Of a DNA stretch of 64,000 nt, positions 46,727 to 60,230 are shown in pieces. Position 1 is the stretch's first letter; every line of letters begins with the position of its first letter. The notes beneath the pieces were generated by a model. That model saw only the letters and a list, made by a program, of their open reading frames with translations. It did no database searches and was not told the origin of the DNA. Source of the DNA: a bacterium. GTDB taxonomy: Bacteria > Zhuqueibacterota > Zhuqueibacteria > Residuimicrobiales > Residuimicrobiaceae. The position numbers and the translations under genes are program-made. The stretch lies in NCBI GenBank assembly GCA_035419245.1, contig DAOLSP010000001.1, forward strand, positions 203,364 through 267,363. Reading direction: 5' to 3'.

Positions 46727-47284
46727 ATGCAGATTCTCATCACCTACAGCAGCGGGTATGGAACTACCCGGGAAGTCGCCGAAAGGATAGGCCAGGTCCT
46801 TACGGTGGAACCGCTTTTTCATGTAGAGCTGGTTTCGATCGACGAGGTCACCTCGATTCGCCCCTATGAGGCGGTCATCCTCGGCAGTTCCGTCCGCGCC
46901 AGCCATCCCTTGGCCAATGTCGTGGACTTTTTGGCGTTGCATCGCCACGAACTGGAGAACAAGCAGGTCGCGCTCTTTCTCGTTTGCCTCGAAGCTAATT
47001 CCGCTGAAGGCCGTTGCAAGGTTCGACACGAGCACCTGCCTCAACTCCTGGACCGCTTTCCAACAATCCATCCCATTGCCGCGGAAGCCTTCGGTGGCAA
47101 GATCGACTTCGCCCGACTCAATCCGGTCATGCAGAGTCTCATGCGCCGGGTCCTTGAACAAACCGCCCTGCCTACAGAAGGCAGTGTCGATACCCGCGAT
47201 TGGGCTTTCATCGAACAATGGGCGGCCGATCTGCGGCAAAAACTGCTCTCCCTACAGCCCTCCTCCCCTGTGGAAAACCCCTGA
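46727..47284 (+). CDS. Flavodoxin-domain protein (HemG-like)
   Basis: YSSGYGTTREVAERI FMN loop, ILGSSV, FGGKID and DTRDWAFIEQWA. Confidence 0.85.
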   Translation: MQILITYSSGYGTTREVAERIGQVLTVEPLFHVELVSIDEVTSIRPYEAVILGSSVRASHPLANVVDFLALHRHELENKQVALFLVCLEANSAEGRCKVRHEHLPQLLDRFPTIHPIAAEAFGGKIDFARLNPVMQSLMRRVLEQTALPTEGSVDTRDWAFIEQWAADLRQKLLSLQPSSPVENP

Positions 47285-47330
47285 ATCGTAATGCTTCCAC
47301 GGCAGGCTTTGGCGCCTGGCAGCAGGCGCT

Positions 47331-48602
47331 TTACTGGCTCTGAACGAGCAGCGGCAGGTATTTGCCCGCCCTGGGCATAATATAGCCGGCTGGCCATTGC
47401 GGCAGACCGGGCCGGGCCAGCGCCCAAGCCTCATCCAGTGATTTCGCCGGGATCATCCCGATGCGCTGAACCACTTCCGGGGCCAGAGCAGAGACCAGAA
47501 TGATCCGCGCCGCCTCCGTCTTGCTCTTCATTGCCAGAGCCGTGTGACCGTTGATCAGATAGGAACGCAGCAGCTCCTTGCCCATCTCCGCAGCCGTCCC
47601 CCCCGTAAAGTAATTCAAAAAAGTGGAAGAACCGATCCCCTCGCGGCATTCGGCCAGGATAACAAGGGTGCCGCCCGGCTTTAAAGCCTGGTAGGCATGA
47701 TGAATCGACTTGTGCGACTGGATGAGGTTGACATCGCCTGGATAACCACCGGCGCTGGCAAGGACGATGTCCGCCTGGGCATAAATGGGGATACTATAGA
47801 GACGGCGCACGACAGGAAGAAGATGCCGTTGCGTCGGCAGGATGGGGCCGGCGGCCGCCGCAGCAATCTGCCCCTCAGGGGAGAGAACCAGCTGCAGCGA
47901 GAGCGCCTGCGGGAAAAAAGTGCAGATCTCAGCCAGATCGAGGTAAACCGGATTGCGATCGATTTCGCCTTCACGGCAGTCGGGATGGAACTGGCCGGTA
48001 GCCGGATCGAGAGTGAAACGATGGTTTTGAAGGATGCTCTCCTGACCGGCGATGCCGGGAAGAAGCATTTTCGGACCGCCCCCAAAGCCGGCGAAATAAT
48101 GGTAAAGGATGCCCCCGATCGTCACCACCCAATCCGCCTCGAGCGCCATGCGGTTGATGGTAATAGGGGTGCCGCGGGAGGTCGTGCCGAGGAGTTCGAG
48201 CCGCTTCTCTTCACGGCAGTCATGCTGGGTCACCGGATAGGCATCATAGACCTCGGCGCCGATGACCTCGCGCACCAGTGATTCCGGCTGCAGCACATGG
48301 CTGCCGTTGGCGACCAGAATGCGGGTTCGCAGAGAGAGGGCATCCTCGAGTTCGGGAAGGAGCCGGGGCAGGAGTTCATCGAGCCGGCAGCGCCGGGTGT
48401 GATCGGGGACCACCAGCAGCAGCGTGTCGCCTCGGGAAGCGCCCATCGCTTCCAGCTGCCGGACCAGGTCGGCGATGGCTGCGCCGCTGACATCGGGCTG
48501 GCCGGGTGCAGCCGTACCGGGTACCTCCTCGGGGAGCACCCGCCAGCTGATGCCGGAGTCAGGCCGAAACTCAACTCCGCGAGAACCATATAAAAGCTGC
48601 AT
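47331..48602 (-). CDS. LarA-family nickel-pincer racemase/epimerase
   Basis: PDHTR, ANGSH, HYFAGFGGGPKMLLPGI, NH and GGYP.D.NLIQSHK. Confidence 0.88.
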   Translation of the reverse strand: MQLLYGSRGVEFRPDSGISWRVLPEEVPGTAAPGQPDVSGAAIADLVRQLEAMGASRGDTLLLVVPDHTRRCRLDELLPRLLPELEDALSLRTRILVANGSHVLQPESLVREVIGAEVYDAYPVTQHDCREEKRLELLGTTSRGTPITINRMALEADWVVTIGGILYHYFAGFGGGPKMLLPGIAGQESILQNHRFTLDPATGQFHPDCREGEIDRNPVYLDLAEICTFFPQALSLQLVLSPEGQIAAAAAGPILPTQRHLLPVVRRLYSIPIYAQADIVLASAGGYPGDVNLIQSHKSIHHAYQALKPGGTLVILAECREGIGSSTFLNYFTGGTAAEMGKELLRSYLINGHTALAMKSKTEAARIILVSALAPEVVQRIGMIPAKSLDEAWALARPGLPQWPAGYIMPRAGKYLPLLVQSQ

Positions 48603-48620
48603 ATCGGCCCTGAACAGGAT

Positions 48621-49085
48621 TTACTGGATCAGCTGCAGGATCTCTTCGCCATGTCCCTCGGGCGAAACCTTGTGGAAGACCTTCTCGAGCGTGCCTTCTT
48701 TACCGACAATGAAGGTTTTGCGGATGATGCCAAAATACTTTTTCCCGTACATCGACTTCTCACCCCAGGCTCCATAGGCCTCCGCGACCTGATGATCGGG
48801 ATCCGAAAGCAGAGGAAAATTGAGACCATACTTTTCGATGAATTTCTGGTGCGACTTGAGATCGTCAGGGCTGACGCCGAGCACCACAGTATCCCGGGCA
48901 TCAATACGCGGCAGGGTGTCGCGGAAAGAGCAGGCTTCCTTGGTGCAACCGCTGGTATCGTCCTTGGGATAAAAATAGAGCACAACCCGTTTTTTCCCCG
49001 CATAATCGCTGAGCGAAATCGTCTTGCCGGTTGTCGCTGCCAGGGTGAATTCCGGTGCCTTGTCGCCTGCTTTTAACTCCTTCAT
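48621..49085 (-). CDS. bcp: Thioredoxin-dependent thiol peroxidase Bcp
   Basis: YFYPKDDTSGCTKEACSFRD. Confidence 0.95.
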   Translation of the reverse strand: MKELKAGDKAPEFTLAATTGKTISLSDYAGKKRVVLYFYPKDDTSGCTKEACSFRDTLPRIDARDTVVLGVSPDDLKSHQKFIEKYGLNFPLLSDPDHQVAEAYGAWGEKSMYGKKYFGIIRKTFIVGKEGTLEKVFHKVSPEGHGEEILQLIQ

Positions 49086-49237
49086 AAAGACCTCCCGTGT
49101 GACATCGCATCTTTAGTGTATATCATTCTTAGCAACAGCAGGACGACGCGGCCTATTCCATCCCGAGCGGGACGGCGGCATACAGCACGGCCCGGCAGGG
49201 AGCCGGGCCGCTGGAGGTCTTATTTTTGTTCGCGCCA

Positions 49238-49483
49238 TCAGGGTATGGCCGGATCAGCCAGATGGAGCAGCGCCTGATGAATCTTTTTGCAATCGAGGCG
49301 TGCAGCCAGGCGCCGACATCCGGCGTCATTCAAGTGCCGTCGTGCCGCCGCGGAAAAGGCGATGGTGATTTGAACGAGGGGCTCGATCTCCATGTCGTCG
49401 CTGCTGGCGGCGGCGTGATAGATCAGCCGGCCATCGCCCTCACGCTCCCAATAATCTTCCAGGGTGATCCGCTCATCCTTCAT
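49238..49483 (-). CDS. Small hypothetical protein
   Basis: 81-aa ORF starting 4 nt after the upstream stop; no recognisable motif. Confidence 0.4.
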   Translation of the reverse strand: MKDERITLEDYWEREGDGRLIYHAAASSDDMEIEPLVQITIAFSAAARRHLNDAGCRRLAARLDCKKIHQALLHLADPAIP

Positions 49484-49487
49484 ACGA

Positions 49488-49964
49488 TCACATCAGCCAG
49501 TGCAGCTGCGTCTGGCCGCTCCTTTGATCAATGATGTACTCGCCAAGATGGGTTGGGACCTTGCTGGCATCGCGAATCCGGAGCGGACGCTTGGGGGCTA
49601 CGGCATAAGTGTGGCACCCGGGATGACCACGGATCTCCGCCGGAATGAGGGGCAGCAGCTCCGGACCGCCATCGCAGACCTGTCCATCCGCTTTATCCTC
49701 CAGTACCCTCTCGATGGTCTCATCCTCCTCCACCTCACAGATCCGGTCATTTTCATCCGCCGCCTCGGGATTTAGGCCATGCCAGAAGTGGCTGCCGAGG
49801 GTATGGGTTTCCGGTGTCGTATAGAGGCGGTCGATGGCGACGTCACTCTGCTTGAGCAGCTCGCCAATCTCGCGCGCCTTGTCGGCCTGATCCTCCCCGA
49901 CCAGGATGAAAAAGACGCGGGTTTCATAGGGATAAAGCACCCGCCGGCAGGGTAAAGAGTTCAT
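49488..49964 (-). CDS. Hypothetical protein, possibly a degenerate histidine-phosphatase (SixA-like) fold
   Basis: SD ggagg before the ATG at 49964; RVFFILVGE...AREIGELLKQSDVAIDRLYTTP. Confidence 0.5.
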   Translation of the reverse strand: MNSLPCRRVLYPYETRVFFILVGEDQADKAREIGELLKQSDVAIDRLYTTPETHTLGSHFWHGLNPEAADENDRICEVEEDETIERVLEDKADGQVCDGGPELLPLIPAEIRGHPGCHTYAVAPKRPLRIRDASKVPTHLGEYIIDQRSGQTQLHWLM

Positions 49965-50162
49965 GGGAACCTCCCCAGGCCATAAACGCCTGCAGTTGGA
50001 TTCGTCCAACAGGAATGAACCGGTGATGGCAGAAGAAATTTCCCGCAAATTCGGATAAAAAATTGAGGAGTGCTGTGGCAGTACTACTAGGGACAACGGG
50101 GAATGCCATCTATTCGGGTAACACGGGTTGATGTCCGGGATATTCCCATTCGCAAATTAATC

Positions 50163-50200
50163 GGAGAAGGGGCCAAATCTTGCGATGCGGCCCCTTCTCC
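50163..50200 (-). terminator. Hairpin downstream of the RND operon
   Basis: 12-bp stem ggagaaggggcc / ggccccttctcc; weak U-tail. Confidence 0.6.
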
Positions 50201-50211
50201 CGGTTGTGCGA

Positions 50212-53348
<3,137 letters not shown>

Positions 53349-53352
<4 letters not shown>

Positions 53353-54479
53353 AGACTGGCCTCCCCCTTGGAGATGATCTTCACCGGGGTACCATCACGC
53401 AGACTGCCTTGACCGACTGTAACCAGCTGATCGCCTATAGTCAGGCCGCCGGTGACGGCCAGCTGCAGATGATCCACATAAGAGACCTGCAGCTGGCGCT
53501 GCACCGCCTTGTCTCCTTGGACGACAAAAACCAAGTAATGGGTAACTACCTTCTCCTCACCGTCGATCATCTCGATGGCGCTTTTCTCGACGGTTGCATA
53601 CCGCGGCACGGCAATCGTATTCTCGATCACGCCGGTGACGATCCGGACGCGCGCAAACATGCCTGGTTTCAGACGGCGCTCCGGATTGTTGACCAGAACT
53701 TCCACCGTGGCCATGCGGGTCAGCGGATCGAGCACTGGGCTGATCTTGCTGATCTTGCCGCTGAAGGATTCGTGTTCAAAGCTGCGCACTTGAATCTCTG
53801 CATCCTGCCCGAGACGAATTTTGCCCAGATCATTTTCAGTCGCATCAATGGAAATCTTGACCCGTTCCATTTGAACCACAGTGGCCACGGGCATGGCCGG
53901 ATTGGCCATATCCCCTGCCTCGTAATAGCGTTTACCGATGATGCCGGAGATCGGGGCTGTGATGGTCGCATCGGCAAGCGTGCTCCGGGCTGTAAGCAGA
54001 CCGGCCTGCGCCTGCTCCAGGGCCGCCTTGGCCGCTTCATATTGCGTCACCACCAGGTCATATTGCTGCTTGCTCATCGCGTTCTCTTTAAAAAGCCGCT
54101 GGGCGCGTTCATATTCGACGGCGACATTGGCCTCCTGGGCTCTGGCGGCGCTGAGCCCCGCTTCGGCCTGACGCACCCCCTGTTCAATGGTGGCGGCAAA
54201 GATGCGGGCGATGGGAGCGCCCTGGCGAACCAGGTCTCCTTCGTCGACATAGTATTTCTCAATCCGGTCGGGGATCTTGGAAAAAACCTTGACCTCGAAT
54301 TCCGCCTCGACATCGCCATTGAAGTTCAGGGACTGGACGACCCTGCTTTTCTGAACGGATGCCACCTCCACTGGGACGCGCATGACCTCTTCAGCTTTGC
54401 CCTTGTTGTTGTTGCATCCCGCGCCCCACAACAACAGGATGGCGCTAAGGAGCAATGCATATACCAAACGACGTTGCAT
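53349..54479 (-). CDS. RND periplasmic adaptor (lipoprotein MFP)
   Basis: Lipobox GAGC, APISGII and LKPGMFARV; SD aggag; overlaps the permease start. Confidence 0.93.
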
Positions 54480-54503
54480 GGGGTTTCTCCTTTTCACGGT
54501 AGT

Positions 54504-55898
54504 CTAGAGAACGGCGGTTAGTTTGCCGACAGCCCGGCGCAACTGGTAGCGGGCCATCTGATATTCATAGAGCGAGGAGACATAATTCAGCTTGGCGCGA
54601 TTGACCGCCAGTTGGGAATTGAGCACATCCAGCTGGGTATTAGCACCCTCTGCGTACATCAGGTTAGCGAGGCGCAAGGCCTCCTGGGCCAGGCTGGAAG
54701 ACTCCTTCGCCGCGAGGTATTTTTGCTTCGCCTCCTGAAACTTGTTGTAACTCACCTCGGCATCGGCGGCGATGCCGTCGAAAAGTTGCTTTTCGGTATC
54801 GCCCATGATCTTCTGATCCAGCCGCGCCTTCTGGTACTGCTTGCTGTTCTTGAATCCGGTGAAGAGCGGCAGCTGCAGACTCACCGCCGAAGTAAAGCCT
54901 TTGCTGAAATCTCCCTGGGTGAACCTCATGCTGTTCTTCATCGCCATATAGGAATAATCGGTCTGAAAGAAAAGTTTGGGCATGAACGCGCTTGCAGCAA
55001 CCGTCACCCCCTTGCTGCTGATGAGCTTCTGCTCCTTCATGGCCAGGATCTCCGGCCGGGCGGTCAGGGCGCGGTTCTGAAATTCCTCAAGCGTCATGTT
55101 ACTGAAATCATCCTCGGCATAGGCCAGGCTCCCTTCCATCTGGATTTCAGTCGCGCGCGGCAGACCGAGCACCGTGCGCAATCCGGTGACCGCCAGCTGA
55201 AGATTATTCTTCGCCGAGATCACCTCGGGCTTGAGATTGGCGACCTCCACCTCCGCGCGCATCTTGTCAAACCCGGAGGCCGAACCGACACTGAATTTTT
55301 TCGTCACCACATCGAGATTGGCCTGGGCCTGCCCCAGGGCCTCCTCTTGAACAGCGGCCAATTCCTGGGCCAGCAGGCAGGCATAGAAGGCGCTGGCGGT
55401 CTGGTAGATCAAATTCTGGCGTTTTGACTCGAGGTTCTGCTCAGCGGCCCGTTTGCCGGCAGCAGCCATCTTGATCGCCGATACCCCGGCGCCGCCGAGA
55501 AAAAGCGGCTGGGTCAGCGTGGCACCATAGGTCAGGGTATTTTCCATGCCGAAGGAGAGCTGGACGTAGTCGGGCATTCCCGAAAGCTCGGGAATCATAT
55601 TCACCAGGGGACCGAGCATCGGCTTGAGAAAATTGGGGATCGTCTGCCGCTGAATGTCCCAGGCGTGCTGCAAATTGGCGTAACCGTTCACCTGTGGCAG
55701 GATATTCGAGGTTGCCTCCCAGACCCCGGCACGGGCTTTGGCCAATTCTTTTTCGGCCATCCGGATTTCGGGGTTCTTGGCCAGGGCCATATCGACGCTC
55801 TCCTGGATGGTCAGCGTCACACGCTCTTGCGCACTCAGGTTCAGAGCAGCCACCAGGATCAGGATGGCGATCCCGGGAGCAGTTCTATTTCTCCTCAT
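54504..55898 (-). CDS. TolC-family outer membrane channel
   Basis: Signal peptide, LTIQESVDMALAKNP and two OEP repeats; SD ggagg. Confidence 0.93.
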   Translation of the reverse strand: MRRNRTAPGIAILILVAALNLSAQERVTLTIQESVDMALAKNPEIRMAEKELAKARAGVWEATSNILPQVNGYANLQHAWDIQRQTIPNFLKPMLGPLVNMIPELSGMPDYVQLSFGMENTLTYGATLTQPLFLGGAGVSAIKMAAAGKRAAEQNLESKRQNLIYQTASAFYACLLAQELAAVQEEALGQAQANLDVVTKKFSVGSASGFDKMRAEVEVANLKPEVISAKNNLQLAVTGLRTVLGLPRATEIQMEGSLAYAEDDFSNMTLEEFQNRALTARPEILAMKEQKLISSKGVTVAASAFMPKLFFQTDYSYMAMKNSMRFTQGDFSKGFTSAVSLQLPLFTGFKNSKQYQKARLDQKIMGDTEKQLFDGIAADAEVSYNKFQEAKQKYLAAKESSSLAQEALRLANLMYAEGANTQLDVLNSQLAVNRAKLNYVSSLYEYQMARYQLRRAVGKLTAVL

Positions 55899-56081
55899 CA
55901 ATTCCTCCAAAGGGCATGCGTGAAATAGGAAAACAGGCATCGGGCAAAAAATAAGGTTTGCCGGCACGGGTTTCCCGGGTATACAATCTCTAATATACTC
56001 TTTTTCATGCTCAATTGTTACAAAAAATACGCACAGTGCTCAACGATTTTGATACCTGCCCAACGGCCCCTGTTTTGCAGC

Positions 56082-56110
56082 TTGCAATTCCCTCTCTTTT
56101 TAGCTACATT
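56082..56110 (+). promoter_or_regulatory. Candidate sigma70 promoter for rarA-lptD
   Basis: TTGCAA, 17 nt, TACATT. Confidence 0.55.
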
Positions 56111-56140
56111 TAATAAATAAAAACTGGATGTGGGTGAGCA

Positions 56141-57469
56141 ATGGATCTTTTCGAAGAGGCGGCGCCGGAAACAAAGAGTGCGGGAAGCGATGCCCCCCTG
56201 GCGGAGCGTCTGCGTCCTACTTCCCTGGATGAGTTTGTCGGGCAGGCGCATCTTCTCGGGCCGGACAAGATCATCCGCCGCGCCATCGAGAGCGGCCAGC
56301 TGGTCTCGATGATTTTCTGGGGTCCGCCCGGTACCGGAAAAACCACCCTGGCGCGGATCATCGCCCGGGAGAGCCACTCCCATTTCAGCGCCCTGAGTGC
56401 CGTCACCGCCGGGGTGGCCGATGTCCGCAAGATCATCACTCAGGCCAGAGAGAGGCGGCGCATCGGCAGCCGCGGCACGATCCTCTTCATCGATGAAATC
56501 CACCGTTTCAACAAATCGCAGCAGGACGCCCTGCTGCACAGTGTCGAAGATGGGACACTGCTGCTGATCGGCGCTACTACCGAGAACCCGAGCTTCGAGG
56601 TGATTCCCGCCCTGCTTTCGCGCTGCCGCGTGTACAAACTGGAAGCGCTCACCCCCGACGAGTTGGGCCGCATCCTCGATCGTGCTCTGACCGCCGAGGA
56701 GGGCTTGAAAGCGCAGAATTTGCGCCTCGACCCGGAGGCCCGCGCCATGCTGATCACCCTGGCCGGCGGCGACGCCCGCAATGCCCTCACCGCCCTCGAA
56801 CTCGCCGGCCGCCTCGCCCATCCCGACGAGGCGGGTATCCGCGCCATCGACTGCGCCCTGGTCCAGGAAGCGATGCAGCGCCGAACCCTGCTCTATGACC
56901 GCCAGGGCGAATACCATTATGATGTCATCTCCGCCTTCATCAAGAGCGTCCGCGGCTCCGATCCCGATGCCGCACTCTACTGGTTGGCGCGTATGCTCGA
57001 CGCTGGCGAGGACCCCCTCTTCATCGCTCGACGCCTGATCATTCTCGCTTCCGAAGACATCAGCAATGCCGATCCCCATGGTCTCATGGTCGCCTCGGCC
57101 GCTTTTCAGGCCGTGCATGCTGTCGGCATGCCTGAAGGCCGCATCGTGCTCGCGCAGGCGGCCACCTACCTCGCCTGCGCCCCCAAGAGCAATGCCTCCT
57201 ACCTGGCACTGGAGGCAGCCAGCGAGCGCGTCCGCCAGGGCGATTCCGTGGACGTCCCGCTGCATTTGCGCAATGCACCAACCAAAATGATGAAGGATTT
57301 CGGCTACGCCAGCGGTTATCATTACCCCCACGACTTCGGCGGCTTTACCGACCAGAACTATCTGCCGGAAGCACTCAAGGGCACCGTCTTTTACCATCCT
57401 ACAGAAAACGGCATCGAGAAGAAAATCAAAGAGCGGCTGCTGCAGCTCTGGCCGGGGCGAAAGCGATGA
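56141..57469 (+). CDS. rarA: Replication-associated recombination protein A
   Basis: PLAERLRP, WGPPGTGKTT, FIDEIHRFNKSQQD and SAFIKSVRGSDPDAA. Confidence 0.96.
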   Translation: MDLFEEAAPETKSAGSDAPLAERLRPTSLDEFVGQAHLLGPDKIIRRAIESGQLVSMIFWGPPGTGKTTLARIIARESHSHFSALSAVTAGVADVRKIITQARERRRIGSRGTILFIDEIHRFNKSQQDALLHSVEDGTLLLIGATTENPSFEVIPALLSRCRVYKLEALTPDELGRILDRALTAEEGLKAQNLRLDPEARAMLITLAGGDARNALTALELAGRLAHPDEAGIRAIDCALVQEAMQRRTLLYDRQGEYHYDVISAFIKSVRGSDPDAALYWLARMLDAGEDPLFIARRLIILASEDISNADPHGLMVASAAFQAVHAVGMPEGRIVLAQAATYLACAPKSNASYLALEAASERVRQGDSVDVPLHLRNAPTKMMKDFGYASGYHYPHDFGGFTDQNYLPEALKGTVFYHPTENGIEKKIKERLLQLWPGRKR

Positions 57470-60135
57470 TGCGGCAGCACCCCCTCTTTGCATTCGGCTG
57501 GATCACGCTGCTCTTGAGCACATTCCTTGTTTTGCTGCCGGATCAGCCGCAGGCGCAAACCAGGCGTGCCAGCACCCCCGCCCTGCCCTCGGCGCAGCCG
57601 GTCCCGACCGCCGATTCACAGAAGGCGGCCAAGCCTAGGCCGGCATCCGGCATTGATACCACCATCATTTACCAGGCCCAGCAAATCGACAACGATGTCC
57701 AAGCCCGCAAGAGCTATTTCACTGGCGATGCTCAGGTCCATTACAAGAACATGACCCTCAAGGCCGGCCGAATCACTATCGATTGGGACACTCAGACCCT
57801 CACCGCCGAAGGAATCCCCGACACCGTTTGGGTCAAAAATCCGGCCGGGGGTGACTCCACACGCCGAACCTCTTTCCGCGGTCTGCCGGTCCTGGTGGAG
57901 AACGGCTCGGAAATGACCGGCGACAAAATGATCTACAACTACAAGACCGAACGCGGGCGGGTCCTCCGCGGCCGCACCACCTTCGAGGATGGCCGCTACC
58001 TCGGTGCACAGATCAAACTGGTCGGTAACAAGACCTTTAACGTCTCCAACTCCATCTACACCACCTGCGATCTCGACAGCAACCCCCATTTTCATTTCAA
58101 GGCGCGCCGGCTCAAGATGATCGTCAATGAACGAGTCATCGCCAAGCCCATCGTCCTCTATCTCGGCCATATCCCGGTGGCGGCCCTTCCCTTCGCATTT
58201 TTCCCGACCAAAACCGGCCGCCATTCCGGCATCATCATCCCCCGTTATGGCGAAAGCACCCAGGAGGGGCGCCACCTTCGCGGCCTCGGCTATTACTGGG
58301 CCCCAAACGACTATTTCGACGCCCGCGCCACCGTGGATTTTTTCGAAAAATCGGGTTGGCTGATGGAACTGGGGACCAATTACGCCGTCCGCTATCTTCT
58401 GAACGGCAGCATCGAGGGGTCTTTCACCCGCAAGAATTTTACCTCCGGATATAACGACCGGCGCTGGGACCTGACCGTTCGTCACAGCCAGGAGTTCAGC
58501 CCAAGCTCGCGCTTGAGCGCCAGCGGCTATTTCATCAGCGACAACAGCTACTACAAGGATCTCAGCACCAGTCTCTATACCCGGCTGACCCGCGAACTCC
58601 GTTCCAACGCCACCTACAGCAAATACTGGGCGGAACAAAAACTCAGCCTCAGCGTCAACCTCTCACAAGTACACGACCTCCAGGAAGATGTCACCCAGAC
58701 CACGCTACCGCAACTCTCGCTGCGTAAAAGCCAAACCCAGCTCTTCAAGCCCGGCAAAGCCAAATCAGGTGCCGGAACTCGCCGCATGAACAAATGGTAC
58801 AACAACCTTTATCTCTCCTATGGGGCCAACTACAGCAATACGCGCCGGGAGTACCTGGTGATCACCAGCTCCGACACCACCAAAAAGGCGGATGTCAACC
58901 GTTCGCTCAATAATTCCCTTGATCTCTCTCTGTCCAGCCCCAATAAATACTTCGGTTTTCTCGCGATCAACCATGCCTTGAGCGTCGAGCAGGACTGGTA
59001 CGATAGGATCCACACCTTTGCCCTCAATCCAGCGACCGGCGGGATCGACGACCAGGAGGAAAGCCGGCTGGCGGTTCGCCACACCTTCAATTATAGCGCT
59101 TCGGCCAATACCAAAATCTACGGCGTCATCGCACCGGGAATCGGCGATATCCAGGCCATCCGCCACGTCATCACTCCCTCGGTCTCCTTCAGCTATCGTC
59201 CGGACTTTTCCGACCGCAGCTGGGGCTATTATGTTTATCTCAAGGATGCCTCAGGAAAAACAGTCAAAAGGGACCGCTTCGGAGGGAGCACCGGCAGCGG
59301 CGGTTCACAGATGGTGAGCATGAGCGTACGCAACCTCTTCCAGATGAAACGGGGACGCGGGGAGAAGACTAAAAAAGTCGATCTTTTCAATATGGATTTC
59401 AGCACAAGTTACAATTTCAGGGCGGAGCAATACCGTCTCTCCGATCTGCGCAGTTCCTGGCAGGCCAATCCGGCGCGCAATTTCAGCCTCAGCGCCGGAA
59501 CGACCCATTCCTTTTATGCATGGGATAAGAACATCGCCCGCCGCGTTAACCGCTATCTCTTCGAGTCCGGCGGATGGCGCAGCGGTGATCTGGCGCGGCT
59601 GACCGCTCTAAATTTGAATTTTTCGCTGCGATTTGAAGGCAAGGGCGATAAAAAGCAGAAACCAGGGGCCGGCGCCGATTCCAGCCGTGCGGCAGGCGAC
59701 AGCCTGAGGTGGGACGACAATCTGACGGTGGAGGAAGAGAACATGCTCCGGCGCGGCCGGAGGTTTCAGGACGACCGGGCCTTCTCCCAGCAGAGCATCC
59801 CGTGGCGTCTCAACACAACCTTCAACTTCTCCCTCGACAAATCCAACCCCGACCGCCCGGTAAAACGCTATTATCTGGATATTTCAGGGGCTGAACTAAG
59901 CCTGAGCCGGAACCTCCGCATCGGCTACAGCGCCCATCTTGACCTCGAAAAGGGAAGTGTCACCTACCATCGCATGACCTTTTATCGCGATTTGCACTGC
60001 TGGGAGGCTTCCGTCGACTGGGTGCCTTCCGGACCTGGAAAACGCGTCTATTTCCGCATCAACATCAAATCCCCGAGCCTCAGCGACATCAAGCTCGAGC
60101 GTTTCGGCGGCGCTGGCAGTGTGCTGGGATACTGA
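57466..60135 (+). CDS. lptD: Putative LPS-assembly protein LptD
   Basis: Signal peptide, OstA-like N-terminal region, YTTCD..PHF and RDLHCWE; ATGA overlap with rarA. Confidence 0.8.
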   Translation: MMRQHPLFAFGWITLLLSTFLVLLPDQPQAQTRRASTPALPSAQPVPTADSQKAAKPRPASGIDTTIIYQAQQIDNDVQARKSYFTGDAQVHYKNMTLKAGRITIDWDTQTLTAEGIPDTVWVKNPAGGDSTRRTSFRGLPVLVENGSEMTGDKMIYNYKTERGRVLRGRTTFEDGRYLGAQIKLVGNKTFNVSNSIYTTCDLDSNPHFHFKARRLKMIVNERVIAKPIVLYLGHIPVAALPFAFFPTKTGRHSGIIIPRYGESTQEGRHLRGLGYYWAPNDYFDARATVDFFEKSGWLMELGTNYAVRYLLNGSIEGSFTRKNFTSGYNDRRWDLTVRHSQEFSPSSRLSASGYFISDNSYYKDLSTSLYTRLTRELRSNATYSKYWAEQKLSLSVNLSQVHDLQEDVTQTTLPQLSLRKSQTQLFKPGKAKSGAGTRRMNKWYNNLYLSYGANYSNTRREYLVITSSDTTKKADVNRSLNNSLDLSLSSPNKYFGFLAINHALSVEQDWYDRIHTFALNPATGGIDDQEESRLAVRHTFNYSASANTKIYGVIAPGIGDIQAIRHVITPSVSFSYRPDFSDRSWGYYVYLKDASGKTVKRDRFGGSTGSGGSQMVSMSVRNLFQMKRGRGEKTKKVDLFNMDFSTSYNFRAEQYRLSDLRSSWQANPARNFSLSAGTTHSFYAWDKNIARRVNRYLFESGGWRSGDLARLTALNLNFSLRFEGKGDKKQKPGAGADSSRAAGDSLRWDDNLTVEEENMLRRGRRFQDDRAFSQQSIPWRLNTTFNFSLDKSNPDRPVKRYYLDISGAELSLSRNLRIGYSAHLDLEKGSVTYHRMTFYRDLHCWEASVDWVPSGPGKRVYFRINIKSPSLSDIKLERFGGAGSVLGY

Positions 60136-60230
60136 GACATCCCCCCAAAAAACGTGCCCATGAAGGACGCGTTGTCATAGCTGCGGATCGGTCAATCCTT
60201 CTGGTCCGAGATCGCTCTCTCTTTTTGTTC

